The notes under the pieces are model-generated. The model searched no databases, had not been told where the DNA came from, and saw nothing but the letters and a program-made list of their open reading frames with translations. Of a stretch of 64,000 nucleotides of DNA, positions 9,617-19,186 are shown in pieces; the stretch's first letter is position 1; each line of letters begins with the position of its first letter. A program made the position numbers and the translations under genes. Source of the stretch: a virus. The stretch is from positions 34,613-98,612 of the IMG/VR virus record IMGVR_UViG_3300032092_000013, one strand, 5' to 3'.

Positions 9617-10303
9617 ATGTGCGCAATCTATGGTTCTAAAGACAGAAATCTTTTTGATATACTTCATGATGTTACTATTGATAGAGGATCATTTGCTTCG
9701 TCATTTGCCTTCCTAGAACATAAGAAAAGAAATTTATTCATTACAAGATTAAAAGGTCATCCAAAAAAGATGGAATTATTGAATCCAGAAGATTCATTTC
9801 CTACTTGTAAAAATAAGAATATAACGCATTATCTCGGGCATAATCAAGCACCAACTTCCTCACAAAGAGAACATGATGTAGCAACATCGCATCCATTTGT
9901 TGCGCATAATTGGGTAGTAGCACATAACGGTGTTTTAACCAATTATAAAGAAATTAATAAAAAATATTGTGCATGGAATAAGAATCCGGTAGATTCAAGT
10001 AATATTCCACATTTATTACATGCTCTAGAAACAAAAGAACCAAATAAATCAGAAGAAGAACTTATTTGCGAAGCACTTTCTCTTTTAGAAGGTACATTTG
10101 CATTGTGGATCTTTAATGAAAAGACGGGTAATATCTTTGTAGCAAGACAAGGTAGTACTTTATTTGCAAATGAAAAAGGCGACTTTTGTTCTATACAATC
10201 AAAGAATTGGTTAGAATTAGAAGAAGGAGTATTATACAAAGTCACTAGAAAGCTTGAATTAGTAGGTAATTTTAAAAACACAACACCATTTTTCACATTA
10301 TGA
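9617..10303 (+). CDS. Class II (Ntn) glutamine amidotransferase
   Basis: N-terminal nucleophile Cys2 (MCAIYG), DRG, GHNQAPT, SHPF, AHNGVLTNY, VDS, LEGTFA. Confidence 0.88.
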   Translation: MCAIYGSKDRNLFDILHDVTIDRGSFASSFAFLEHKKRNLFITRLKGHPKKMELLNPEDSFPTCKNKNITHYLGHNQAPTSSQREHDVATSHPFVAHNWVVAHNGVLTNYKEINKKYCAWNKNPVDSSNIPHLLHALETKEPNKSEEELICEALSLLEGTFALWIFNEKTGNIFVARQGSTLFANEKGDFCSIQSKNWLELEEGVLYKVTRKLELVGNFKNTTPFFTL

Positions 10304-10995
10304 ACAATTTAATTGTTACTTGTACACAAAAAAATAGACATCAATTCCAAGAAACAGATATCTATAAATCATATAATGAATGCAAATTATCTTCTGATTT
10401 TGAATTAGAAGTATTTTATCAAAATAAAGAAGGATTGTCAAAACAATATAATACTATCCTCAATAATGAAAAATATAAAAATTATGAATGGATTGTATTC
10501 GTTCATGATGATGTTTATATTGACGATGCCAGACTTTTACAAAAATTGAACGAAGCAAAAAAATTAGATTACGACATAGTTGGTTTGGCTGGCGGATTGA
10601 ATCCACGAATTGGCGGAATTAACCTTTGGCATTTAATGACAGATAGAAAAGATCATCGGGGGTTCGTAGCACACCCAGTAAACGAAAAGCAAATGATGGT
10701 TACTAATTTTGGCCCTTCACCTTCTCGTGTTGTAATTATTGATGGATTATTCTTTGCTGTTTATAATCCTAAAGCAAAAAAAGTTAGCTTTAATTTTAAT
10801 GAAAATTATACATTTCATCATTATGATATTTCTGCATCATTAGAAGCTAATATGAAAAAATTAAAAATTGGTGTCTATCCAATTAATGTAATTCATCGCT
10901 CTCCTGGTTTATTGTCAATTGAAAATCCTACATGGAAAAGCAGCAACGAAACATTTATCAAAGAATACGGTGTAAATCGTAAAGACACCAAATAA
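10300..10995 (+). CDS. Glycosyltransferase, GT-A fold (GT2-like)
   Basis: GLSKQYN, VFVHDDVYI (DxD-like), DIVGLAG, IIDGLFFA, FHHYDI, VIHRSPG; ATGA-coupled to the GATase gene. Confidence 0.8.
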   Translation: MNNLIVTCTQKNRHQFQETDIYKSYNECKLSSDFELEVFYQNKEGLSKQYNTILNNEKYKNYEWIVFVHDDVYIDDARLLQKLNEAKKLDYDIVGLAGGLNPRIGGINLWHLMTDRKDHRGFVAHPVNEKQMMVTNFGPSPSRVVIIDGLFFAVYNPKAKKVSFNFNENYTFHHYDISASLEANMKKLKIGVYPINVIHRSPGLLSIENPTWKSSNETFIKEYGVNRKDTK

Positions 10996-11003
10996 TATTA
11001 AGC

Positions 11004-12329
11004 ATGGATAAAATTGATTTAGATCATTTTGAGAAGATTTTCTGTCTTAAGATGATTACTGATGAGGAATATTTCTCTTCAGTTGTTGATAATACAGATC
11101 CGGATTATTTTCGGGACAAAGATGTCAAAGCGATGTTTTTGTTAGTAAAAGAATATTTTGAAAAGAGAGATTGTTTACCCAATCTCTCTGAATTAAAAAA
11201 TTATCTTACCACACAAGAATTAAAAGATTCTTTTAAAAATGTATTATTAATGATTCAATCATTAGATAAGAATTATAATCATGACGAATTAATCAAGAAT
11301 ACAGAACGTTTCTTGAAAGAAAGAGCTGTATATAAGACTATGCTTGATGTTGCAGATAAATTGCAACAAGGAAAAGCTGATACTTCTTGGGTCTTAGATC
11401 AATTTGAAAAGACATGCAATATTAATTTGACAACAGATATTGGATTAGATCTTTATCATAATCCCGAAAAGTTAATCAAAGAATTAAATTCAGATGAACC
11501 AGTTATTCCATCAAAGTGGGAATGGTTAGATGAAAAATTAAATGGAGGATTCATGCAAAATGGTAGGGCATTGTATATTTTTGCTGGTCAAGCAAATGTC
11601 GGTAAGAGTATTGTATTAGGAAATGTAGCTAAAAATATTGCTGAGCAAGGTAAAACAGTATTGCTTGTTACATTGGAAATGTCCGAGATCATGTACGCAA
11701 AACGTATTGCATCATCAGCTACTAAGATACCTATTAGAACATTGCGTGAAGAGTCAGAATCATTGCAAAATGCTCTTGAAGAAATCAAAGAGAAGAATCC
11801 ACGAGGAAGGATTTTGATTAAAGAATTTCCGCCATCAACAATTACACCTAATCAATTATCATCATTCATTAAGACATTAAGAAATAAAGGCATCTTTGTT
11901 GATGCTGTAGTATTAGATTATTTGAATCTATTACATACTACATATGGAAATAATTCATATGAAAAGGTGAAACACTTATCAGAACAGACTAGGGCATTGT
12001 CGTATGTTTATAATTGTCCGTTTATTACTGCAACACAGTTAAACCGATCGGGATATGATGTCGCAGAACCAACTATGCAATCACTTTCAGAAAGTTATGG
12101 ACTAGCTACAACAGGTGATTTTATTGCTTCTGTTTATCAATTAGAAGAAGATGCAGAACAAGGTGTTATGAGAGTAGCTATGATGAAAAATCGTTTCGGT
12201 CCTAACTTTGGATCATCAGCATTTAGAATTGATTATTCGACATTGACTTTAAAAGAAGACCAAGAATTGGCTTCAATGGTAGATAGTACAGAATCCGCAA
12301 GAGATGTATTAGCTTCTTTAGCAGACTAG
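11004..12329 (+). CDS. gp41: Replicative SF4 DNA helicase
   Basis: Walker A AGQANVGKS, TLEMSE, IKEFP, LDYLNL, TATQLNRSG, SES, KNRFG. Confidence 0.95.
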   Translation: MDKIDLDHFEKIFCLKMITDEEYFSSVVDNTDPDYFRDKDVKAMFLLVKEYFEKRDCLPNLSELKNYLTTQELKDSFKNVLLMIQSLDKNYNHDELIKNTERFLKERAVYKTMLDVADKLQQGKADTSWVLDQFEKTCNINLTTDIGLDLYHNPEKLIKELNSDEPVIPSKWEWLDEKLNGGFMQNGRALYIFAGQANVGKSIVLGNVAKNIAEQGKTVLLVTLEMSEIMYAKRIASSATKIPIRTLREESESLQNALEEIKEKNPRGRILIKEFPPSTITPNQLSSFIKTLRNKGIFVDAVVLDYLNLLHTTYGNNSYEKVKHLSEQTRALSYVYNCPFITATQLNRSGYDVAEPTMQSLSESYGLATTGDFIASVYQLEEDAEQGVMRVAMMKNRFGPNFGSSAFRIDYSTLTLKEDQELASMVDSTESARDVLASLAD

Positions 12330-12368
12330 TTGAACAAAATTCCATTTTGACTATATATACTCATATTA

Positions 12369-13259
12369 ATGAGTAAAGAAGTCATATGGACTAATTATGG
12401 ATTAGATGGTGCAGGATGTTGCCTACTTTTGAAATGGCTCAAAGGTAGTAACATTGAAATACAATATACTACACCAAGAAAATTCCGCGATGATTTCCTT
12501 AAATGGCAATTAGAAAATGGAATGACAAAATATTCCAAGATCTATATAACCTCTATAGATTTATCAAAATGCTTAGATGTCGCAGACAAGTCTAATTGTG
12601 TTATCATTGATACACATAAATCACATTGTGATAAAAAACATTTATACACAGATGCAAAAACAGCTATAGCTGAAACTAGTTCAACTACCAGATTGATTTT
12701 TAGATTATTTAAAAATGAATTAATCAAAAAACTAACACCTAAGCAAATCAAATTAATTAGTTTGATTGATGATTATATTTCGGGTAAAAATAAATTTAAA
12801 GAATCAAATTTTTTAAATGCATTATATTGGGGTGTCAGTGCTGATCGTTTAATTCAATTTATTAAACAATTTGATAATGGATATAACGGATTCAATCAAC
12901 AACAACAGAACGTAATTAATTTACATTTTAAACGAATTGCAAAAACCGTATCAGAATTAGATATATTCCAAGGAATATTGCCCGCTAAAGGAAAGAAATA
13001 TAAAGTAGTATCTACATTTGCTGAAAATTATTTTCCAGAAATTTCAAATCATTTAATTGATGTATATAATGTAGATATTGTAATGGTAGTCAATTTAGGA
13101 CTCAAGACTGTTTATATGCAACAAAAAGTAACATCAGACGCACCATTACATCTGATTGCAGAAAAGTTAGTTGAAGGCGGTGGAACACAACGGTACGCAG
13201 GAGGTAATCTAACTTCAAAATTTATAGAATTTACTAAAACTTTACAAAAAATATGGTAG
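12369..13259 (+). CDS. DHH/DHHA1-family protein with degenerate catalytic motifs
   Basis: NYGLDGAGC (for HxDxDG), IIDTH (for DHH), LIDDY and EGGGTQRYAGG (for GGGHxxAAG). Confidence 0.7.
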   Translation: MSKEVIWTNYGLDGAGCCLLLKWLKGSNIEIQYTTPRKFRDDFLKWQLENGMTKYSKIYITSIDLSKCLDVADKSNCVIIDTHKSHCDKKHLYTDAKTAIAETSSTTRLIFRLFKNELIKKLTPKQIKLISLIDDYISGKNKFKESNFLNALYWGVSADRLIQFIKQFDNGYNGFNQQQQNVINLHFKRIAKTVSELDIFQGILPAKGKKYKVVSTFAENYFPEISNHLIDVYNVDIVMVVNLGLKTVYMQQKVTSDAPLHLIAEKLVEGGGTQRYAGGNLTSKFIEFTKTLQKIW

Positions 13260-13552
13260 CTAATCTTGTAATCGAAAAGAGGGAAATAGAACATAATTTT
13301 TTATGTTTCTGTTCATTAATGTGTTTGATATCTGGCAAGAAATTAAATCTGCCTAATATTTTTTTATTACTCCTTAAGAATCCTACATACAAACAGATTC
13401 TTAAGAAAATGGTATCTATCGATACAGATTATGAATTATTCAAGTTGTTTATCGACTTTGATCCTTCTTTGAGCAAAAGCAAATATATAAGTAAGTTCTT
13501 GAATTCTAAAGAAGGTGCTACTATTATAGCTAATAATGTTAAGCGATTTTGA
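13253..13552 (+). CDS. Hypothetical protein
   Basis: 99-aa ORF overlapping both neighbours within the replication operon. Confidence 0.55.
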   Translation: MVANLVIEKREIEHNFLCFCSLMCLISGKKLNLPNIFLLLLKNPTYKQILKKMVSIDTDYELFKLFIDFDPSLSKSKYISKFLNSKEGATIIANNVKRF

Positions 13553-14165
13553 AGAAAGACTATATAACGAATACCTAAAAACTAGTCGCCAAGCTAAAAA
13601 CCTACCATATAAGTTAAGAAAAAATTTCAATGATATTCCATCTGATGTATTGGTTTATCTTAAGAGAATATCTAACATACTGAGAAAATTTCCCAGTATA
13701 CACATCAATGATTTTTTTAAGGCACCATATGCTATCTATGGTGTTGAAGAATATTTCGATTTGAAATATTTTACATCACAAAAAGCAATTAAAGCATATA
13801 CTCTCTATATTCAAAAAGAGGCTGATTTAGATCCGGATTCGGAGGATATGTTATTAAAAGTATTAGAGAGTTTAAAATTCTTAAAAGAATTTTTAACACA
13901 AAATAATATTTCATTAAATCAATATCTTGCACACAAGACTAATGAAATGAAAAGCTTCATGCTGCATTGGAAAGAAAGAAAAATGCATCCTTATGTGTTG
14001 ATCGAATTGCCAAATGCACTAAACTATATTAGACACGAAGATCAAGAATTATTGAAATTCATGTTTGGCGAGAATGTCTATGAAAATATACAATTGTATA
14101 CGAATAGATATTTCTCATCGAAGAAATTAAAAGTATTAGTAAAACAAGGATTAAAAAAAATATAA
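13536..14165 (+). CDS. Hypothetical protein, possible gp59-like helicase loader
   Basis: 209 aa, basic and aromatic-rich, directly upstream of gp32 as T4 gene 59 is. The call rests mainly on synteny and size. Confidence 0.4.
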   Translation: MLSDFEERLYNEYLKTSRQAKNLPYKLRKNFNDIPSDVLVYLKRISNILRKFPSIHINDFFKAPYAIYGVEEYFDLKYFTSQKAIKAYTLYIQKEADLDPDSEDMLLKVLESLKFLKEFLTQNNISLNQYLAHKTNEMKSFMLHWKERKMHPYVLIELPNALNYIRHEDQELLKFMFGENVYENIQLYTNRYFSSKKLKVLVKQGLKKI

Positions 14166-14189
14166 CGAAACCAATTAAAAATATTCAAT

Positions 14190-15044
14190 ATGTATACAGC
14201 ATCAATGTTCCAATCAATCAAGAATGCCTTAGCTAAAGAAGATACCGGTGGATCTTCATATAAAGACATTCTCAAGTTAGAAGTAGGTAAGACATACACC
14301 GTTCGTCTTCTTCCAAATACAAAATCACCTGCAGATACATTCTTTCATTATTACCTGAATGGGTGGCAATCATTTGCAACCGGTCAATTCGTATCAGCCG
14401 TTTCATTGCAATCATTTGGAGAACGCGATCCAATTCAAGAAGAACGTTATCGTATCCTTCGACTTGGTACAGATGTAGAAAAGAAGAAGGCTGAAAAAGT
14501 TAATCGTTCTGAGAAGTGGATGGTTAATGCTTATATTATTGATGATCCAACCAATCCTGAAAATAATGGTACTGTTAAGATTCTTCGATATGGTCGTCAG
14601 TTAGCTAAGATTATCGATGAAGCTATGGATGGTGAAGACGCTGCTGAGTTCGGTCCTCGTATTTTTGACCTGAGTAAAGGTGGATGTAATCTTAAGGTCA
14701 AGGTAGAGAAACAAGGTGAATATCCATCCTATGTATCTTCACGATTCACATCACCAGTAGATCTTGGATTATCAGAAGCAAAGATTAATGAGTTGTATAA
14801 TTCAGTTCATGATCTTAAGAAAATCGCAGGGGTTAAGACCGCTGATGAACTTCGTGAATTATGGGAAGAACATTTCCTATGCAAGAGCTCAGTGTCTTCA
14901 GCAGCTGCTCCCGTTGAATCAGTACAAGCTACTGTTCTAGCAGAACCTACTACAGTAACTAAATCATCAGCACCAGCATCTTCAGATGACGATGACATTC
15001 TTGATGATGCAACTGTACAAGAACTTTTGAAAGGATTAGACTAA
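14190..15044 (+). CDS. gp32: Single-stranded DNA-binding protein
   Basis: VRLLP, NAYIIDDPTNPENNGTVKILRYG, FDLSKGGCNLKVK, YPSYVSSRF, acidic C-terminal tail. Confidence 0.92.
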   Translation: MYTASMFQSIKNALAKEDTGGSSYKDILKLEVGKTYTVRLLPNTKSPADTFFHYYLNGWQSFATGQFVSAVSLQSFGERDPIQEERYRILRLGTDVEKKKAEKVNRSEKWMVNAYIIDDPTNPENNGTVKILRYGRQLAKIIDEAMDGEDAAEFGPRIFDLSKGGCNLKVKVEKQGEYPSYVSSRFTSPVDLGLSEAKINELYNSVHDLKKIAGVKTADELRELWEEHFLCKSSVSSAAAPVESVQATVLAEPTTVTKSSAPASSDDDDILDDATVQELLKGLD

Positions 15045-15045
15045 T

Positions 15046-15414
15046 ATGGATGAAGATGTACAAGGAATGCTTCAACAATTCATAGGACAAACCTATGGAG
15101 AGTTAGCGAAGCTTGATCAAAACATTGTAGGGCGCACTCAACATCTGCGTCCACAGAGTCAAGAGTTTAAAGCAATTGCAACTAATATTTTAACTAATAT
15201 CCCAAACAATAGGCAATTAACTCAGACTGAAGCACCGCCAATTCAACCACAAAATATTCAACCTCGAGTACAGATTCAACCAAAATCACCTAGTGATCAA
15301 TTGGAATTTGATTTTGATGACACAGCTACCGCTAAGAATATTTTTGCTTCATTGAAGCGCATCGAAGATAAATTAAGTAATATCAGTAATAGGTTGCAAA
15401 AGCTAGAAGCTTAA
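15046..15414 (+). CDS. Hypothetical protein with a QLEFDF motif and C-terminal coiled coil
   Basis: ORF between gp32 and gp45 with a Q/P-rich linker. Confidence 0.6.
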   Translation: MDEDVQGMLQQFIGQTYGELAKLDQNIVGRTQHLRPQSQEFKAIATNILTNIPNNRQLTQTEAPPIQPQNIQPRVQIQPKSPSDQLEFDFDDTATAKNIFASLKRIEDKLSNISNRLQKLEA

Positions 15415-15426
15415 TACAATTAATAC

Positions 15427-16161
15427 ATGAAATTATCTTTTAAGAATAAGAATAGTTTTTGTAATAATTTCCTATCTCCAATTTCAAGGCTGTCAGATTT
15501 AGCTATTCTGACAGCTAAGAATAATGAAATCATTTCATTAAACAAAACAGCAGATAATAATAGCATTCTTTATGCTAAATGTTCTGATGCTACATTAGAC
15601 AATGATCAGCAAGTATCATTGAATATTCCTGATGTCAAAAAGTTCATTAAAGCATTTGATTGCATTGAAGATCAAAACATTGAATTGACCGTCAATTCAA
15701 ATAATATCGAATACAAATCACCTAAAATTAAATTTAAATATCATTTATTAGAAGATGGTATTATTGCACCAGTTGGTTTATCTTTAAGTAAAATACAATC
15801 TTTTGAATTTGATGTAGAGTTTACTATTGATATTGTTACATTTCAAAATTTGTTGAAATGCAGTACTTTTAATAACAGTGAAAAGATTTATTTTTATTCA
15901 GAAAATGGTGAAATTCATTGTGAATTAACAGATAAAAGTAAACATAATGTTGATAGCTTTACTACTGTTTTAGCAGAAACATATCAAGGTAATGCATTAT
16001 CAAAACCGATGCCATTCTTATTTGATGTAGTTCGAAGCATTTCGACATTAAGATCTAGTCAATTGCAATTCAAAATTAATTCAAGCAAAGGTATTTTATG
16101 TGTTGAAGTAGAAGAACCGGGATATTATTTGAAATATATAACCACTGCGAAAGTGATTTAA
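15427..16161 (+). CDS. gp45: Sliding clamp
   Basis: 244 aa with two-domain clamp periodicity (ILYA, LNIPDVKKFIKAF, KFKY); located in the replication module; TACAAT box 6 nt upstream. Confidence 0.75.
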   Translation: MKLSFKNKNSFCNNFLSPISRLSDLAILTAKNNEIISLNKTADNNSILYAKCSDATLDNDQQVSLNIPDVKKFIKAFDCIEDQNIELTVNSNNIEYKSPKIKFKYHLLEDGIIAPVGLSLSKIQSFEFDVEFTIDIVTFQNLLKCSTFNNSEKIYFYSENGEIHCELTDKSKHNVDSFTTVLAETYQGNALSKPMPFLFDVVRSISTLRSSQLQFKINSSKGILCVEVEEPGYYLKYITTAKVI

Positions 16162-16186
16162 AATTAATTTTAATTATATATAAAAA

Positions 16187-16534
16187 ATGAATAAGAGACA
16201 AAAAAATAAAATATCTACACCCGGATATTTTATTAAAAGATTAAGAGATTGTGGGTTTAGTGTAATTCGTATTTTTCAAAAATACGGTGCCCATGATCCG
16301 AGAAGATGGACTGTATTAATTGATCCGGGCCGTTCTTCTATTTTTGTTACTTGTTTTACTAATAAAACATTTATCGATGAAATTTATTTTGAATTAAATG
16401 ATGGCGGTATCTTATTTCCTAAGAATTTTGCCATATCTACACAATCAATTGAAGTAATTGTATCACATTTAAACGAAAAAAATATTCAAACAATTGACGA
16501 AAAAAGCCCATACTATGTTGAAAAGAATAAATAA
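16187..16534 (+). CDS. Hypothetical protein
   Basis: 115-aa ORF with codon usage like its neighbours. Confidence 0.6.
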   Translation: MNKRQKNKISTPGYFIKRLRDCGFSVIRIFQKYGAHDPRRWTVLIDPGRSSIFVTCFTNKTFIDEIYFELNDGGILFPKNFAISTQSIEVIVSHLNEKNIQTIDEKSPYYVEKNK

Positions 16535-16538
16535 TTCT

Positions 16539-16856
16539 ATGGGCGAAAATCCCGATGATAAAAAGAAAAGAATACCAAAAAATAATTCTGATAAAATCGG
16601 GAAAGAACAGATTAAACAGCTTCTAAAAGAAGCATTACAAGCTGATTTACTAGAAAGATCTCGTAAATCAGCAGACAATAAAGTCGCTATCTCTTCTACA
16701 TTAGAAGAGTTTATGAAATGTTTTATCGTTTTAGGATATGACATGAACGGAAATCCAATTAATTTAGTACATGCAAACAGCCAACAAGACGCAGATTCCC
16801 TTTCTACGGCGGTTAATAGATTCTTTATGCAGAATAATAACCCCGATGCTTTTTAA
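16539..16856 (+). CDS. Late hypothetical protein (start reassigned from 16494 to 16539)
   Basis: TAAATA at 16528-16533, 5 nt before an in-frame ATG. Confidence 0.6.
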   Translation: MGENPDDKKKRIPKNNSDKIGKEQIKQLLKEALQADLLERSRKSADNKVAISSTLEEFMKCFIVLGYDMNGNPINLVHANSQQDADSLSTAVNRFFMQNNNPDAF

Positions 16857-17106
16857 GGTTCCAAAAAAAGGAACTGCATTCGGTGTTTTAGAGGGTGATC
16901 ATAAAGGTAAAATGTTTGTAATGATAGAAAGTAGTTTTTCGCAATGCCATTTTCTAACAATACCAGAAATAAAAAATCAAACAGTTTCAAAATTTGATTT
17001 AAAACGTGGTTTAAAAAACGGAATTCTTGAGAAAGTAGAGATCTTACCTAAAGATCTCTATGTTTTTCTAAAAGAACAATTTTTATTCAACAAAAAACAT
17101 AAATAG
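16846..17106 (+). CDS. Hypothetical protein (probable start 16846)
   Basis: The in-frame ATG at 16846 avoids a long overlap with the upstream gene. Confidence 0.5.
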   Translation: MLFKVPKKGTAFGVLEGDHKGKMFVMIESSFSQCHFLTIPEIKNQTVSKFDLKRGLKNGILEKVEILPKDLYVFLKEQFLFNKKHK

Positions 17107-17110
17107 ATAC

Positions 17111-17320
17111 ATGGACTTCGTAAAACCAGAAAGAATTGCATCACCCATTTCAGGACAACCAGTAAATCCTCGCATCATGGAAAAGAGAATCGGTGATAAA
17201 ATTTTTGTCGAAGCTCATTGGTATGATCCTTCTTCTGGTACATTTATCAGAAAAGGATTAGTAAAAGTTTTAGATGCAGAAACCGGTAATGATATTTCGG
17301 GTTCTTGTAAATTTAATTAA
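17111..17320 (+). CDS. Small late hypothetical protein
   Basis: TAAATA at 17100-17105, 5 nt before the ATG. Confidence 0.6.
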   Translation: MDFVKPERIASPISGQPVNPRIMEKRIGDKIFVEAHWYDPSSGTFIRKGLVKVLDAETGNDISGSCKFN

Positions 17321-17337
17321 ACCCCTTATCATAAGGC

Positions 17338-18363
17338 ATGATCATCTTGCCCGAAGAATATATTGCACAAAAATTCTTCCAACATGCTGGCGTGCCGAAA
17401 CATAATCGTTTCAATAAAACATATGTAGGTTCGTGCCCGATCTGCAGAGAAGGCAAGTCATGGTTAAAAAAGCAGCGTTGTTATTACATTCCAAAAAATA
17501 ACAATATATATTGTCATAACTGTGGTTGGAGTTCTACGCCAATTTCGTGGATCCAAGAGGTAACAAGAATGTCTATATTAGACATTAAAAAAGAATTAGA
17601 AAATTATTCGACAATATCATTAGACGATATAACAACAGAAAAGAAAGAAATTGTTCAATCATCAACATTGCCAGAAGATTGCATTAATTTATTTGATGAA
17701 CAGCAAGTAGAATATTATAAAGACGAAACGGTAGTCATCAGAGCATTAGAATTTATTGAAGCAAGAAGATTAAAAACAGCATGCAATAAACCAAAAGCAC
17801 TTTATATATCACTAACTGATCCTGTGCATAAGAATAGATTAGTAATACCATTCTTTGATAAAAATAATAAGATTGTTCATTATCAAACCAGAACAATATT
17901 GGCTGCGGACAACAAGATTAAACCACGTTATATCTCAAAAATTAATAGTGAAAAGACAATATTCAATATTGATCAGATCAATGATGATAATGAAGTTTTT
18001 ATTTTCGAAGGACCATTCAATTCTTGTTTTGTTAAAAATGGAATAGCTGTTGCTGGAATCCAGGATGAATCTGAAAAGCTATTTTCTATGAAACAACAAG
18101 ATCAAATAAATTCGTTGTTATTGAAAGATTTTATTTGGGTGTTGGATTCACAGTGGATAGATCAAGCAGCTAAGAAGAAAAGTCAAATCTTAGCTAAGAA
18201 TGGTGAAACTCTTTTTATTTGGCCAGAGAGTGTAGGTAAGAAAATAAAAGACTTTAATGACTTAGCAATTGCATTAAAGATTAATGAAATACCAAAAGAA
18301 TTTATTAAGAAAAATTCTTACAAAGGATTAGCTGCTGAGATTAGATTAAAGGCGATATATTAG
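17338..18363 (+). CDS. gp61: DNA primase
   Basis: Zn finger CPIC...CHNC, RLVIPF, TOPRIM FEGPFNS / WVLDSQ, KDFND. Confidence 0.92.
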   Translation: MIILPEEYIAQKFFQHAGVPKHNRFNKTYVGSCPICREGKSWLKKQRCYYIPKNNNIYCHNCGWSSTPISWIQEVTRMSILDIKKELENYSTISLDDITTEKKEIVQSSTLPEDCINLFDEQQVEYYKDETVVIRALEFIEARRLKTACNKPKALYISLTDPVHKNRLVIPFFDKNNKIVHYQTRTILAADNKIKPRYISKINSEKTIFNIDQINDDNEVFIFEGPFNSCFVKNGIAVAGIQDESEKLFSMKQQDQINSLLLKDFIWVLDSQWIDQAAKKKSQILAKNGETLFIWPESVGKKIKDFNDLAIALKINEIPKEFIKKNSYKGLAAEIRLKAIY

Positions 18364-18779
18364 ACACCTTTGTACTTAGGATCAGCAGAAGAAGCAACAT
18401 AACCATTTAACATTTGTTGGAATCCTGCTAATTCACGAGCAACCAATGCAATCTTCTTGGTTTCTGCTGTTTTGATAGATCCAAACAAACTCTTTTCATG
18501 AGCTTTGGATAATTGTGTTTGAACTGAATCAGGACCCTGCCCATTTAAGAATTCAGTAAATTCTGCAATCTTCGAAATCCAATGATGCAATTTTTCAACC
18601 ATAGCAACATTAGCTTTAGCAGCAGCAATTGAGGCTTGTTGTGTACCAGCTTCAATATCATAATCACTTGGTGTGGTCCCAGCATCTAATGTTGAAGCCA
18701 TAGCCTCTGTATCAGACATTGGTACCTCATCTGCTTCAACTAATACACGTTTGAATGCATTTTCAAATAGATTACTCAT
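18360..18779 (-). CDS. Late hypothetical protein, candidate prohead-processed protein
   Basis: TAAATA at 18785-18790 (minus strand); N-terminus MSNLFENAFKRVLVEA. Confidence 0.55.
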   Translation of the reverse strand: MSNLFENAFKRVLVEADEVPMSDTEAMASTLDAGTTPSDYDIEAGTQQASIAAAKANVAMVEKLHHWISKIAEFTEFLNGQGPDSVQTQLSKAHEKSLFGSIKTAETKKIALVARELAGFQQMLNGYVASSADPKYKGV

Positions 18780-18812
18780 GCATTTATTTATTCAAACATG
18801 ATAAATAAAATT

Positions 18813-19172
18813 GTGAGAAGAAGATTTTTTACTGAAGATAATACCATAGCAGATGCTAATCGTAATGTAACGGGTATAGGGCCCGATGCATCAGACTCTT
18901 CATTAACAGATTTAAAATCACAAATAACATCTGAAATTGATACGCCAAAAATACTTCCGCATCAATTTCAATCATCAGTTATTATACCGCAGATTGCTAA
19001 TTATATTGTAGAACTAAAAAATCTATCAGATAAAATTAGTGATTATGGCAAATCAGATGTGGCGTCTGAATCTAAAAAAATGATCGCGGGTAAATTGATT
19101 GATCGTATTAATAAGATTAATGCCATTTTTGCTCAAGACGTAATTAAATATCTTGACAAATTATCATTTTAG
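18813..19172 (+). CDS. Late hypothetical protein (GTG start reassigned from 18798)
   Basis: TAAATA at 18802-18807, 5 nt before an in-frame GTG; N-terminus MRRRFFTE. Confidence 0.55.
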   Translation: MRRRFFTEDNTIADANRNVTGIGPDASDSSLTDLKSQITSEIDTPKILPHQFQSSVIIPQIANYIVELKNLSDKISDYGKSDVASESKKMIAGKLIDRINKINAIFAQDVIKYLDKLSF

Positions 19173-19180
19173 TTTATATT
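19153..19180 (+). promoter_or_regulatory. sigma70-like promoter
   Basis: TTGACA-16 nt-TATATT, 6 nt before ATG 19187. Confidence 0.65.
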
Positions 19181-19186
19181 GAAAGA

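Noticed and set aside
7577-10303. Bacterial QatABCD or type IV CBASS defence island
   Set aside because: No QatA ATPase, TatD, TGT or cyclase nearby; the genes are embedded in a phage replication module with phage-style promoters.
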